Positions 18,830 to 27,759 of a DNA stretch of 37,541 bases are shown here, piece by piece (within the stretch, counting starts at the first letter, position 1; each line of letters starts with the position of its first letter). A program made the position numbers and the translations under genes. Below the pieces are notes generated by a model that saw only the letters and a list, made by a program, of their open reading frames with translations, did not search any database and had not been told where the DNA came from. The stretch spans positions 1 to 37,541 of IMG/VR virus record IMGVR_UViG_3300036713_000695. One strand, 5' to 3'. This DNA is from a virus. Its lineage: Duplodnaviria > Caudoviricetes.

Positions 18830-19314
18830 AGCAGAACCTCCCTCAGAAGCTTCTTAAAGTCAGTTGCCGGCCCCTTCAGCAATACCTGATCCCGAGTCAG
18901 CCTGGCCCCGGATTTGATATAGGTTGCCGCAACTAAGGCCCCATCCCATATCTCGATCTCCTCGGTGTCCGCACAGAAGAATACAAACAGAGACTTCTGA
19001 TTAGGTCCGGAGCGGCACCAAAGATGGGCCTCTGCAGCCTGCCCACCGCTGACCGCGTTTGATAGGCAGGAGGCAAGAGAGGTCTTTAGGAAAGACGCCT
19101 TAGCCTCCAGCAAGAAAGCACCTTTGGGTGCCCCTACCAGGAAATCTGCAGGCATCTCAGGCAGGAAGGCCCCGGCCGATTTCGTATCGTAGAACCGATG
19201 GAAGGTCAGCCCGTGGTTAGTCTCCTTCTTGAGGGCAGACAGTGCCATCTTTACCCGGTTCTCCAAGTGCGAACCCAGTTGGGCATTACTCATCTTGGCG
19301 AATTTACTGTGCAT
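18826..19314 (-). CDS. PD-(D/E)xK nuclease, probable Holliday junction resolvase (RecU/Hjc-like)
   Basis: G..LE, PADF and LLEAK catalytic pattern; sits between the helicase and SbcCD. Confidence 0.7.
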   Translation of the reverse strand: MHSKFAKMSNAQLGSHLENRVKMALSALKKETNHGLTFHRFYDTKSAGAFLPEMPADFLVGAPKGAFLLEAKASFLKTSLASCLSNAVSGGQAAEAHLWCRSGPNQKSLFVFFCADTEEIEIWDGALVAATYIKSGARLTRDQVLLKGPATDFKKLLREVLL

Positions 19315-19315
19315 A

Positions 19316-20680
19316 TCAGTCCACCCTTATCATTAGATTGTCAGAGGCCCGAGTGCAGGCTACATAGAGGCATTTGAGGGCCTCTATCCTGTTCCAGTTG
19401 GCCAATATATCGGAGGCGTCTACAAAGCAGTTCTTGTAGGTAGATCCCTGAGACCTATGGGCCGTGATCGCGTGGGCGGGTCGGATATCCGCAACCATGT
19501 TATGTAGGCCCCAGAATGCGCGCCAAAGAGATCGCTCTTTTTTGGCCCTGCCTGACAGGTCGTTCAGCTTGGAGTTGAATGATCGTTCACTATCTGGGTG
19601 AAGTATGTAGGCATCCACTGCGCCGGCCTCTCCCCCACCTATCTCTAGTCTGTAGACTTTGAACTCCCCATACTCCTTGGGAATAAACGGGTGGATCATC
19701 TCTTCTACGCCGATGATCCACCCCTCAGCGTCCGTGGACATAACTATCTCTGCATCTACAGCTAAGCCGCCCCCAGGTTCCATGCGCATTACCGGCCCCG
19801 CAGCCAGTACTTTCTCCCCGATCATGAAGGGTTCTGTTAGCGTGTCCCCATAGATAGCCTTCCGGATCCCGGTGTTGTAGCTGCGAACGGTATCGTTTCT
19901 CCAGGCTACGGTGCGAAACAGATCTGGATTAGATTCGTACTGGGGGCTACGAAAACCCTGATGCTGCCAGGCGCGAAACTTAGAGGCAGGCAGCACGTAG
20001 ATCCCGGTAGTCCCATCCTCGCCTTTGTGGGTCTGCAGTATGGGCTGCATGCTGCCACCGGATAGAATGCACTCTCTCAGGTGCTGGGCCAGCTCGATAA
20101 TGGGATTCCCTTCAGTAAACCGAGTTGGTTCTACCAGGCTCAGTACCCGGTGGTCATCTTCTGAGAAGATCAGGGAGGCTTCTTCCCCTACCGGCGGTAG
20201 TTGCAAGGCATCCCCGATAAAGATGAACTTCAAGGGCCGGTCAGAGAATTTGGTCTTCTCTGCCGCGGCCTTTATCTTCTTGTACAAGGCCTGGTTTACC
20301 TGGCTCGATTCGTCAAGGCAGATGATATCGATGCTGTCCCACCTGCCCAACCCACCCTGGATGATCTCCCTTACTTCACCATCAGAGGAAGGCTTTAAGC
20401 CGAGCATGGAATAGATAGTCCTGATGTCAGCTACTGGGGCTGAACTATCCTGGGCCATGCGGTACAAAACATTTTTTGCCTTATGCATCGGGGCAGTCAG
20501 CGCCACCGCCATCTGTCTTCCGACCTCACCCACTACCTTGGTAATGACCGTGGTCTTCCCTGTCCCGGCAAAACCTTCCAACGTAATAAACTGTGCTGTG
20601 TTATTTAGGCAGAAATCACACAGCACCTCGAAAGCTGACTCCTGGGATGGAGTCAGCGTGATTTGGTTGATGTCTGTCAT
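19316..20680 (-). CDS. SF1B helicase, T4 Dda/RecD-like (454 aa)
   Basis: GFAGTGKT, DESSQ, GDALQLPPV, AITAHRSQGSTY and LYVACTRA motifs. Confidence 0.9.
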   Translation of the reverse strand: MTDINQITLTPSQESAFEVLCDFCLNNTAQFITLEGFAGTGKTTVITKVVGEVGRQMAVALTAPMHKAKNVLYRMAQDSSAPVADIRTIYSMLGLKPSSDGEVREIIQGGLGRWDSIDIICLDESSQVNQALYKKIKAAAEKTKFSDRPLKFIFIGDALQLPPVGEEASLIFSEDDHRVLSLVEPTRFTEGNPIIELAQHLRECILSGGSMQPILQTHKGEDGTTGIYVLPASKFRAWQHQGFRSPQYESNPDLFRTVAWRNDTVRSYNTGIRKAIYGDTLTEPFMIGEKVLAAGPVMRMEPGGGLAVDAEIVMSTDAEGWIIGVEEMIHPFIPKEYGEFKVYRLEIGGGEAGAVDAYILHPDSERSFNSKLNDLSGRAKKERSLWRAFWGLHNMVADIRPAHAITAHRSQGSTYKNCFVDASDILANWNRIEALKCLYVACTRASDNLMIRVD

Positions 20681-23600
20681 CTTCCTACCTTTTCCTTGGC
20701 AGCTTCGACGGCCTTAAGAATAGACTCTTCAGAGGTATCGGTCCCTATCTCGACCAAGTCACCCCAGGTGTAACCGATCTTGAACTCGCTGACCATTGGA
20801 ACGGCATGCCCAGGAGGCGTCAGGTCCATAATCTTCTGCAGACGGGGGCAGAATTCGACCACCTTAGACAGAGGTACCGAGGTCACCAGCTCATCATAAA
20901 CCGGCCCCACCACATAGGATTCTGTCTCCTCCAGCAGGCTGGTCTCGGCAATATCCCGCAGAACTTTCTTCAGGATGTCAGCACCGCACCCTTGAGACAG
21001 GTAGTTAACCAGCTGGCGCTGCACTCTGGAAGCGAGGCCGTAATCACTGCTCAACAGGTCTTCCTGGGCGTGTCTGACAGGACCGAAAGCAGAGCGAACG
21101 TAGCCTTGCTTAGCTGCCAGCTCTCTGACCTCCTCTTGAAAGGGCTGCAGCCGAGGGTATAACAGAAACATGGAATCCAACAGGGCCTGTGCTTCCGCGA
21201 CAGGGATCAGCAGGTTGGTGGATAGTGTAGGTGCTGTCCCCATGTAGGTAGTGAGGAAGTTTACGGCTTTAGCGCGCTTGTTTCTAATCCACTTGGCCGC
21301 GTCTCTGAAGTCGGAATCATCTGGGTCAGACGCTTTAAGCCACTCCTCAAAGCACTCATACGTCATGCGCTTTTTGGTCCCATCGTAGTCAATGAACTCA
21401 GCCAGATCTGGGTACAGCCGCTTCACCATGTCTGCGGCAAAAGAGGAAGCAGTCAGGGAGTGCACATCTTTGGGGTGCTCACCGAGGAAGGCATCGAGGA
21501 GCACGGGGTCCTTGGATTCAGACGCAGTAATGCGCAGCTCCTGTCCGGAGAAGTCGGGCACCACCAGAATGTGGTCATCTTCCATAGGCAGGAAGATAGA
21601 TCTGATCTTACCCTTAGCCACTTGCAGTGCATTGGGGCCGGTCGATGTCGGCCGGCGGCTATTGGTTCCACAGTTCCTGAACTGAGGATGAATGCGGCCT
21701 GTGTCCTCGTGGATCCACTTAGGGTAAGGACGGTAGTAATACCTGAATCGGGTCTCGATCGTCTTGATTTCACGCAGCGTTTCCAGGGCGGTACGTTGCC
21801 AGGTACCGGGAGTCGCATCTTCTGCCAAGGCGTATTCCAGGGCTTTGTCGGATGCCGATGGCGCGCCGGGTAGCCCATGAGTGTCTCGAAAACTACCCCG
21901 GTCAGGCTGCGTACGGTGACGGATAGGCAGGCCCAACTTCAGATACATCAGAGAGAGCATCTGATTGTCAGAGGAGGTGTTCAGGTCGTCGCCTTCCTGT
22001 AACTCCTTCGCGCTATTGGATTCTATCTGCAGGTCGTGGTAAATCTGGCTCAGCGCTGCCAGCCCTTCCGGATCCCGGGTCTTGAAATGCTTCACGCCTT
22101 TGCCTATTTCCATCAATAGACCTCTCTCAACCGGCCCCAGGTCAGAGATGTCTACTTCAGACAGCCACTCAGTCACCCTCGAGGCAGCCAAGGAGGTTGG
22201 CAGACCTACGTGTGCCATGCCTGCCAATTTCAATAACTTCTCGATTTTCTTTATGGTCGGGATAAAGGTCTCGGTCTGCACAGTGGTAGTGGGCGGGGTA
22301 TAGCAGGCGAGGGCTGTCCACTTTGCTTTTTCTTTCTCATACAACTCCGTGAACGCTTCTTCGTCCGTCAGTTCACTATCCGCCGCTGCCACTCGCGCTT
22401 TGGCCCTGAGAAAGGGAGCGATTTCCTTCATGTAAACTTCGACCGCTTCACGGTTACGTTTGATGCAGTGTTCTGCCAGCGTAGAGTGCAGCAACTTGAA
22501 CTTGTCTTCCAGGGCTGCCGTATCCTCTGCTTCCAGCTCCGCCAGCCGTTCCTGGTCTATCGGAATGCCTCGCTTAAAACCTTTCAGCATGACGTCGGTA
22601 AAGTGGAACTCGTTGGCATAAAGAAAACCGTCGGTCTCTTCAACCATAGAGATTAAGTCGAACAATACCCAAAGGTGGGCAGTGACCAGGGAGTCGTCGC
22701 AACCATAAGACAGTATTTCCTGACCGGACAATTCGTTAGTTTGGTTGACGCCTGCCTGCTCCATCAGTTCTTTGTAGGTAGTCTGGCTGTACCCAAGCCA
22801 ATCTTTACTGAGATCTTTTAAGTGGTGAGATTCTCGGTTCTCATCTACATATGATGAGAGCACTACGGTATCGCACAGGTTACTTTCAACCCCATCCCGT
22901 ACTTTCAGATCAGTAACGACCTTTTCGAAAGCGTTATTGTGGACTACTCTGGCTGCGTTTCTCTGCAGAACGTTATTGATCATGCTAGGCAGAAAATTGC
23001 GGGTGTTTTTGTGGTTTACTGGCACATAAACGACGTACTGCAGGTTCTTACCAAAACAAAATGAGGCCCCGGTCGGGGTAGCATGCAGGAGATTGACATA
23101 GTCTCCCCGAGGATTCGCTTCGTTCAGACTTTGTTGAGGGTCCGGGTCGAACGTCTCGTAGTCATAGGCCAGGATATTGCTATCAATATCTGCGAATATT
23201 TCTTCTGCGTCATCATCAATCTGCAGCAGATATTCGAGCGCGCAATGCTCCCGGTACTTGTCTACCAGGTAAGGTATCCCAGCCTTACCTAAGGTGCGGA
23301 CCAGCCGCGCTTCATTCGGTATTCTCTTAAACCACTTTGGCTCTACCTTGGTCTTCCGGTTGAATCCGTAGCAAAGCTCAGGGTGCAGGATTGCCAAGTC
23401 ATAGCTCAGCTTCCACTGCGCTGCGTTGTGTGCGAGTACGTCAACTACAGGGTCCCGCATTTCCTCTGCCAGGTCGTGCAGTTCTCCTACGGATTTATCC
23501 CTGACATATTCTTCAAGCTCATCCATTCCATCCCAGCCGTACGCATCGACTAACTGTTTGAATTTAACAGGGCCAATACCTTTAACGCCAGGGTAATGGT

Positions 23601-24204
23601 CCGAGCTGTCCCCGATGATTGATTTGTACAGCGCGATGTACTTCGCCGGCACTCCCTCATACTCTGCTTTCTCTTCGTCTTTTACAAAAACGGTTACCGT
23701 TTCCGACGCCAGTTGGACGATATCGTTGTCAACGGTATAGACGTTGCAGAAGGGCTTCACGTGAGGGGCGATGTAAGCAAGCAGATCATCGGCTTCAACG
23801 CCACCTACGGACACTTGGATTGCCCCGACGGATGCCAGAAACTGCTGAATCAGTGCGATCAGTTTGTCATGCTCTCCAACTTCCACAGGATCAAACGGTT
23901 TTCTGTTTCCCTTGTAGTCTGGGTACTTCTGCGTCCGATATTCCCGCCCTCCGTCCCAGCAGCAGACGATATCGATGGGGGCAAAGCCATAGGTCTCGAT
24001 AATTGGATCGAAGTAGGATTCAAGCCAGGTTTCAAAGGCGGCAGAATAGCGAGGGACAATCTTTCCGTCTGCATTTTTAATGGTGGATTCTTTGTCCAGG
24101 CAGCGGTAATAGCTGTGATACATGAGGCCCTTTCCGTCAAGCAGGGCTCTGCCATTACGTTTCAGTTGGACAGGGTGAGATTGGGTAGTGTGATTCGTGT
24201 TCAT
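20677..24204 (-). CDS. polA: Family A DNA polymerase with 5'-3' exonuclease and 3'-5' exonuclease domains (1175 aa)
   Basis: FEN motifs WDGG, YKGNR, EADD and GDSSDHYPGVKGIG. Exo motifs DYET, HNNAFE and YGCDD. Pol motifs DFSGQELR, KAVNFLTTY, NYLSQG and VYDE. Confidence 0.95.
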   Translation of the reverse strand: MNTNHTTQSHPVQLKRNGRALLDGKGLMYHSYYRCLDKESTIKNADGKIVPRYSAAFETWLESYFDPIIETYGFAPIDIVCCWDGGREYRTQKYPDYKGNRKPFDPVEVGEHDKLIALIQQFLASVGAIQVSVGGVEADDLLAYIAPHVKPFCNVYTVDNDIVQLASETVTVFVKDEEKAEYEGVPAKYIALYKSIIGDSSDHYPGVKGIGPVKFKQLVDAYGWDGMDELEEYVRDKSVGELHDLAEEMRDPVVDVLAHNAAQWKLSYDLAILHPELCYGFNRKTKVEPKWFKRIPNEARLVRTLGKAGIPYLVDKYREHCALEYLLQIDDDAEEIFADIDSNILAYDYETFDPDPQQSLNEANPRGDYVNLLHATPTGASFCFGKNLQYVVYVPVNHKNTRNFLPSMINNVLQRNAARVVHNNAFEKVVTDLKVRDGVESNLCDTVVLSSYVDENRESHHLKDLSKDWLGYSQTTYKELMEQAGVNQTNELSGQEILSYGCDDSLVTAHLWVLFDLISMVEETDGFLYANEFHFTDVMLKGFKRGIPIDQERLAELEAEDTAALEDKFKLLHSTLAEHCIKRNREAVEVYMKEIAPFLRAKARVAAADSELTDEEAFTELYEKEKAKWTALACYTPPTTTVQTETFIPTIKKIEKLLKLAGMAHVGLPTSLAASRVTEWLSEVDISDLGPVERGLLMEIGKGVKHFKTRDPEGLAALSQIYHDLQIESNSAKELQEGDDLNTSSDNQMLSLMYLKLGLPIRHRTQPDRGSFRDTHGLPGAPSASDKALEYALAEDATPGTWQRTALETLREIKTIETRFRYYYRPYPKWIHEDTGRIHPQFRNCGTNSRRPTSTGPNALQVAKGKIRSIFLPMEDDHILVVPDFSGQELRITASESKDPVLLDAFLGEHPKDVHSLTASSFAADMVKRLYPDLAEFIDYDGTKKRMTYECFEEWLKASDPDDSDFRDAAKWIRNKRAKAVNFLTTYMGTAPTLSTNLLIPVAEAQALLDSMFLLYPRLQPFQEEVRELAAKQGYVRSAFGPVRHAQEDLLSSDYGLASRVQRQLVNYLSQGCGADILKKVLRDIAETSLLEETESYVVGPVYDELVTSVPLSKVVEFCPRLQKIMDLTPPGHAVPMVSEFKIGYTWGDLVEIGTDTSEESILKAVEAAKEKVGR

Positions 24205-24345
24205 TGATCATCCTTTTCAGGTAGGTTAGTGATGGAACTTCATTTTCTCTTGGCGCTGTGATGTGTATGGCTTACACTGTGCGCTTAAGGGTCTGGGGCG
24301 GGTCGGTCAACGGATTATCAATGGGGATTGTTTGAGGCCGAAGAC

Positions 24346-24377
24346 AGACCCGCCACAGAGTACTCTTTGGCGGGTCT
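24346..24377 (-). terminator. GC-rich hairpin after the 287-aa gene, possible intrinsic terminator or processing site
   Basis: AGACCCGCCA (24346-24355) is the exact reverse complement of TGGCGGGTCT (24368-24377), extended by AGAG/CTCT. Lies 4 nt past the stop codon; the U-tract is weak (GUCUUC). Confidence 0.55.
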
Positions 24378-24381
24378 AAAC

Positions 24382-25245
24382 TCAGCCCTCAACCACAGGT
24401 AGCTCCTTAACGAACGAGAACTTCCAGGGGTAGAATGGGAACGGCGTCGATGTGATCTTATCGCCGACTTCAAACTTGGTAACGTATTGTGACGGCAGCA
24501 ATCTGAACCGACGCGCATTGGTAGATATGTAACCGGTAAACTTGGTACGAGAGGTTTTTGGCAGGGACAGTAGAACGATCTCTCCAGCGCGCGCGCCTTC
24601 AACCAGGTCCACGGTCACTTCAGTGTAAGGCCGACGTTCGAAACCCCACCCTTTGTCTGCCCATTCCTCAATCGTCGGAGCAATTGGCTGATCAGTATTG
24701 GTATCATTAACTCCGTCATAACTGTAAATGGCTTGCTCATCTTTACTCTCACATTTGGTATTGGCAAAGACCCACTTGGTACGGGATTCCAAGATGATAC
24801 CGGTGAACGCTTTCCCTAGTGAATCGTTGTTGGAATCTTCGAACATCCCGTCGTTCTGCAGGGCCACTATTGCGTAGGCTCCGAAGCCGTGGTCCAGGCC
24901 TGAAAACCCAGCCTCTTCCAGGGCAGCACCCGCTTGGTGAAACAGATCTGCTGTGGTCGTGCGAGGGGTAGCAGCAGTAAGTTCGGTTGGGTCTTTGGTT
25001 GCTACCTCCTGAGAGGGGGCATCAGTTGCAATCTTTTCCTGCTCTGCGAGAAGTTTCTTGGCTTCCGCTTTGGCCTTGGCTCGGGCAGCTTCCGCTTCGG
25101 CAGCTTCTTCCGCTGCGGCCTTGGCATCACCTGCAAATGGGAGTTGCTCTTCTTCGGCTACGGTTTCCAATTGCTCTTCTACTTCGGCTACGGTTTTCTC
25201 AGGGGATTCGGTAGTTTCTGCACGTTTTCTAAGTGACATAATCAT
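24382..25245 (-). CDS. Putative single-stranded DNA-binding/replication accessory protein (287 aa)
   Basis: Directly upstream of the polymerase with its own promoter and downstream hairpin. Acidic low-complexity N-terminus and aromatic beta-rich C-terminal domain. Function is inferred from context. Confidence 0.5.
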   Translation of the reverse strand: MIMSLRKRAETTESPEKTVAEVEEQLETVAEEEQLPFAGDAKAAAEEAAEAEAARAKAKAEAKKLLAEQEKIATDAPSQEVATKDPTELTAATPRTTTADLFHQAGAALEEAGFSGLDHGFGAYAIVALQNDGMFEDSNNDSLGKAFTGIILESRTKWVFANTKCESKDEQAIYSYDGVNDTNTDQPIAPTIEEWADKGWGFERRPYTEVTVDLVEGARAGEIVLLSLPKTSRTKFTGYISTNARRFRLLPSQYVTKFEVGDKITSTPFPFYPWKFSFVKELPVVEG

Positions 25246-25300
25246 GTTCCTATAGGTTTAGGTTTGAATACAGATATCGTTTTTCTCTTTCGAGAAGACC

Positions 25301-25330
25301 ATCATGCTACCTGGATTAGGTAGCTGTCAA
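25301..25330 (-). promoter_or_regulatory. sigma70-type promoter TTGACA-N18-CATGAT with palindromic spacer
   Basis: Perfect -35 (25325-25330) and -10 CATGAT (25301-25306), ~55 nt upstream of the 287-aa gene. Confidence 0.6.
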
Positions 25331-25331
25331 G

Positions 25332-25556
25332 CTATAACTTATCACTCTGATTTTTATAGCTTTTCGGAGCTTCAGGTAAGGGCATCCACCACTCGGGGGG
25401 ATGCCATTTTTGAGAATACCCTCCAGCAATCCAGCAGCGGCAACGAGGGTGGTCATCCCAGTAGCCGCCGGTAATTTTTACTCTTGATTTTTCACAGTAC
25501 AAAAGGACTTCAGTGCCATCTTTAGGGGCGGTTTCAATTGCTCGCCAAGTGCTCAT
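25332..25556 (-). CDS. DUF551-like small protein (74 aa)
   Basis: WRAIETAPKDGTEVLL...WWMPLPEAP pattern. Confidence 0.8.
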   Translation of the reverse strand: MSTWRAIETAPKDGTEVLLYCEKSRVKITGGYWDDHPRCRCWIAGGYSQKWHPPEWWMPLPEAPKSYKNQSDKL

Positions 25557-25948
25557 ATCGACCCTCTATCCCACGCATTAGGTTGGTTCATTTGTGCGTA
25601 CTCTCTAACCAATTCCCGCTGGGCTTCATACGGGCTAACACAAAACCCAAGCTCATCCAGCGAAAAGAACAGATCGGCGCAGCACTCACACAGATATACA
25701 GGAGCCAAGCTTATTGCTCCCGGATCCCCTTCCCCGAACCTGCTGAATTCATAGTCACATCGAGAATCCCTGGTCACGCTGAATTCAGCAACAATACTTC
25801 CTGCTTCTAAGAAACTGAAGCAGGAGTTGCATCGCTTTCTTCTCTTGCGTTCTGGCATTTCACTGTAGTCTGACGGCTGCCACCAGTAGAAGTCCGGGTC
25901 ATCGTAATCACATTCACAGCTGAGCGGCATCTCCTTACCTCCCTTCAA
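25553..25948 (-). CDS. Cys-rich hypothetical protein, probable zinc binding (true start may be the second Met, MPLSC)
   Basis: CxC, CxxC and CxxC motifs; coupled to neighbouring genes. Confidence 0.7.
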   Translation of the reverse strand: MKGGKEMPLSCECDYDDPDFYWWQPSDYSEMPERKRRKRCNSCFSFLEAGSIVAEFSVTRDSRCDYEFSRFGEGDPGAISLAPVYLCECCADLFFSLDELGFCVSPYEAQRELVREYAQMNQPNAWDRGSI

Positions 25949-27470
25949 TTTCTAACAAGAAGCTTTCTTTGTCAGGAGAAGAAGCCAGGATATACCCTTC
26001 CCTCTCCAACATGATATCGGTCATGAGAGACGCCACGGTAGCCAACGGCTTCAGGACATACCCTATGACCGGGTTCTTCTGCCCGGCGCGCGGGAACCTT
26101 TCTGAGGCTTGTTTGAGCAGGCCAGGAATAGTCACCGGTTCAACCACAATGAAGGTAGAGCACACGCTCTGCAGGTTTAGCCCGGCCCCGGCCGAGTTAG
26201 GGTTGGCTACCATCATCAAGCAGGTTTTATCCTGCAGAAATTGATTTAGCCCTTTGGCACTGTTGGCATCTCCGTACATCAAGGCCGGGTTGTACTTGGC
26301 ATAGTATTTCTCCAGCGTACGGATGCTCATTCTAGAGTTAGCAAACAGCACGATCTTGTTCTCCGGGCCGAGCCCCATACCATCGATCAACGTGTCGCAG
26401 GTTGAAAGGATCTCATTACCTTTTACCGTGATCTTGTTTGTGTACTCATGGATATTAGTAATGATTCTCAACAACTCCTGGCGCAAGGCCTGGGCATTGG
26501 TAGCCGCTATGATGTCTCCGTCTGGTAGCTCTGCAATCCTGGCCCGGGCAAACTCGCGGTAGTACTTATGGTGCGCGTCACTCAGCTCTACCCGCTCTTC
26601 AATTATCGTCGGCGTCATCTTTGGCAGAACCTTATCCTTGGTAATCCGGGCCGCATGCTGGTAAAGGTTTTGTCTGAGCAGATCCATCCGCATAAATCCA
26701 CGCACTTCGTACAGCGTGGTGTATTCTCTGCCATGTATAGGTCTTTGCAATTTTATGATTTTCTTTTCGTAAATCACATGCTGCTTGGAAAAGTTCTTCT
26801 CTGAGGAATACAACCCAGGGGAGGTCAACCGGATCAGGCAATAGGCATCTCGGGGGTCTCTGTATTCAGGAGTCGCCGTGGATAAAATTAACGCCGACTC
26901 ACGGTTCGGCATATTGGTAAGCTCATACAGAAAGTTACCCGCTTTGTTACCCAAATTACGCAAGTTGTGCGCTTCATCGATAATGAATATCTGATAGTGT
27001 TTGACGATACTGTCTTGTACAAAATCTTTGATAAACATCTGATAAGACATCAGCATAACGTCTGGCCAGCCAGCCTTGTTCCAGTCAGCAACTTGTTGCT
27101 GCCGTTGCTGGGCTGCGGTAATGCCTTTCTTAGACTTGACCGGGCCTAGTCGGTACATCTGCAGGTAATCTTCTACACCGGAAAAAGTCTCTTTAAACGT
27201 CTCTTCAAACTGGATCAGCAGAGTGGGCGGCATAACCACCAGCGACCGGTAACCATGGGCCTTGTGTACGATAGCTGCGGACTGCATAACAAAGGTTTTC
27301 CCCACACCACAGTCATCGTACAGGCCAAACTTGTCTTCCTTCATTAGACTCCGCAGCCGTTGCGCCTGGTGTTTCCAGGGTTGGAAAGGGAGCTTGAAGT
27401 TAGGGATACCTGCCGGGGCTTTGACCCCGGCACGGTTTAAGTATTGGTAGAAGCTACTGTTCGTGTTCAT
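25935..27470 (-). CDS. SNF2-like SF2 helicase (511 aa)
   Basis: DDCGVGKT, DEAH, TATP, GAGLNLQ and a divergent motif VI QASERFPRAGQ; GGAG SD. Confidence 0.88.
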   Translation of the reverse strand: MNTNSSFYQYLNRAGVKAPAGIPNFKLPFQPWKHQAQRLRSLMKEDKFGLYDDCGVGKTFVMQSAAIVHKAHGYRSLVVMPPTLLIQFEETFKETFSGVEDYLQMYRLGPVKSKKGITAAQQRQQQVADWNKAGWPDVMLMSYQMFIKDFVQDSIVKHYQIFIIDEAHNLRNLGNKAGNFLYELTNMPNRESALILSTATPEYRDPRDAYCLIRLTSPGLYSSEKNFSKQHVIYEKKIIKLQRPIHGREYTTLYEVRGFMRMDLLRQNLYQHAARITKDKVLPKMTPTIIEERVELSDAHHKYYREFARARIAELPDGDIIAATNAQALRQELLRIITNIHEYTNKITVKGNEILSTCDTLIDGMGLGPENKIVLFANSRMSIRTLEKYYAKYNPALMYGDANSAKGLNQFLQDKTCLMMVANPNSAGAGLNLQSVCSTFIVVEPVTIPGLLKQASERFPRAGQKNPVIGYVLKPLATVASLMTDIMLEREGYILASSPDKESFLLEIEGR

Positions 27471-27487
27471 TTTCTACTCCGTAAGTA

Positions 27488-27742
27488 CTACATTTTACCT
27501 GGTGTATTTATACCCATACGTTGCAGGGAATCCATGACCTCGTTCCAGCTATCTGCCAGCTCTGGGTCTGTCTGCCGGATCTCCTTCCCTGTGCCAGCAA
27601 TAGCTTTAGCGACTATACGCTTGTAGATAGTACGCTCCACATCGGTTCTGGGTTCAGGCAGATGCGCCTCCCACTCGAGCAATGTAGAAAGGCTGGCTGT
27701 TTTAACGTCTGCCAATATCGGGTATGTAGTTTTCCAGTTCAT
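27488..27742 (-). CDS. Hypothetical protein (84 aa)
   Basis: GGAG SD; tiles the operon. Confidence 0.7.
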   Translation of the reverse strand: MNWKTTYPILADVKTASLSTLLEWEAHLPEPRTDVERTIYKRIVAKAIAGTGKEIRQTDPELADSWNEVMDSLQRMGINTPGKM

Positions 27743-27759
27743 TTTCTTCTCCGGTTGGT

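Noticed and set aside
21994-22476. Intein or intron in the polymerase
   Set aside because: The frame is uninterrupted, with no C-terminal HN-C/S/T splice junction and no LAGLIDADG or HNH motif.
20677-24204. Z-genome (DpoZ/PurZ) or hydroxymethyluracil system
   Set aside because: No PurZ, dATPase, dUMP hydroxymethylase or base-modifying transferase was recognised in the window, and ThyX points to normal thymidine. Genes outside the window cannot be excluded.
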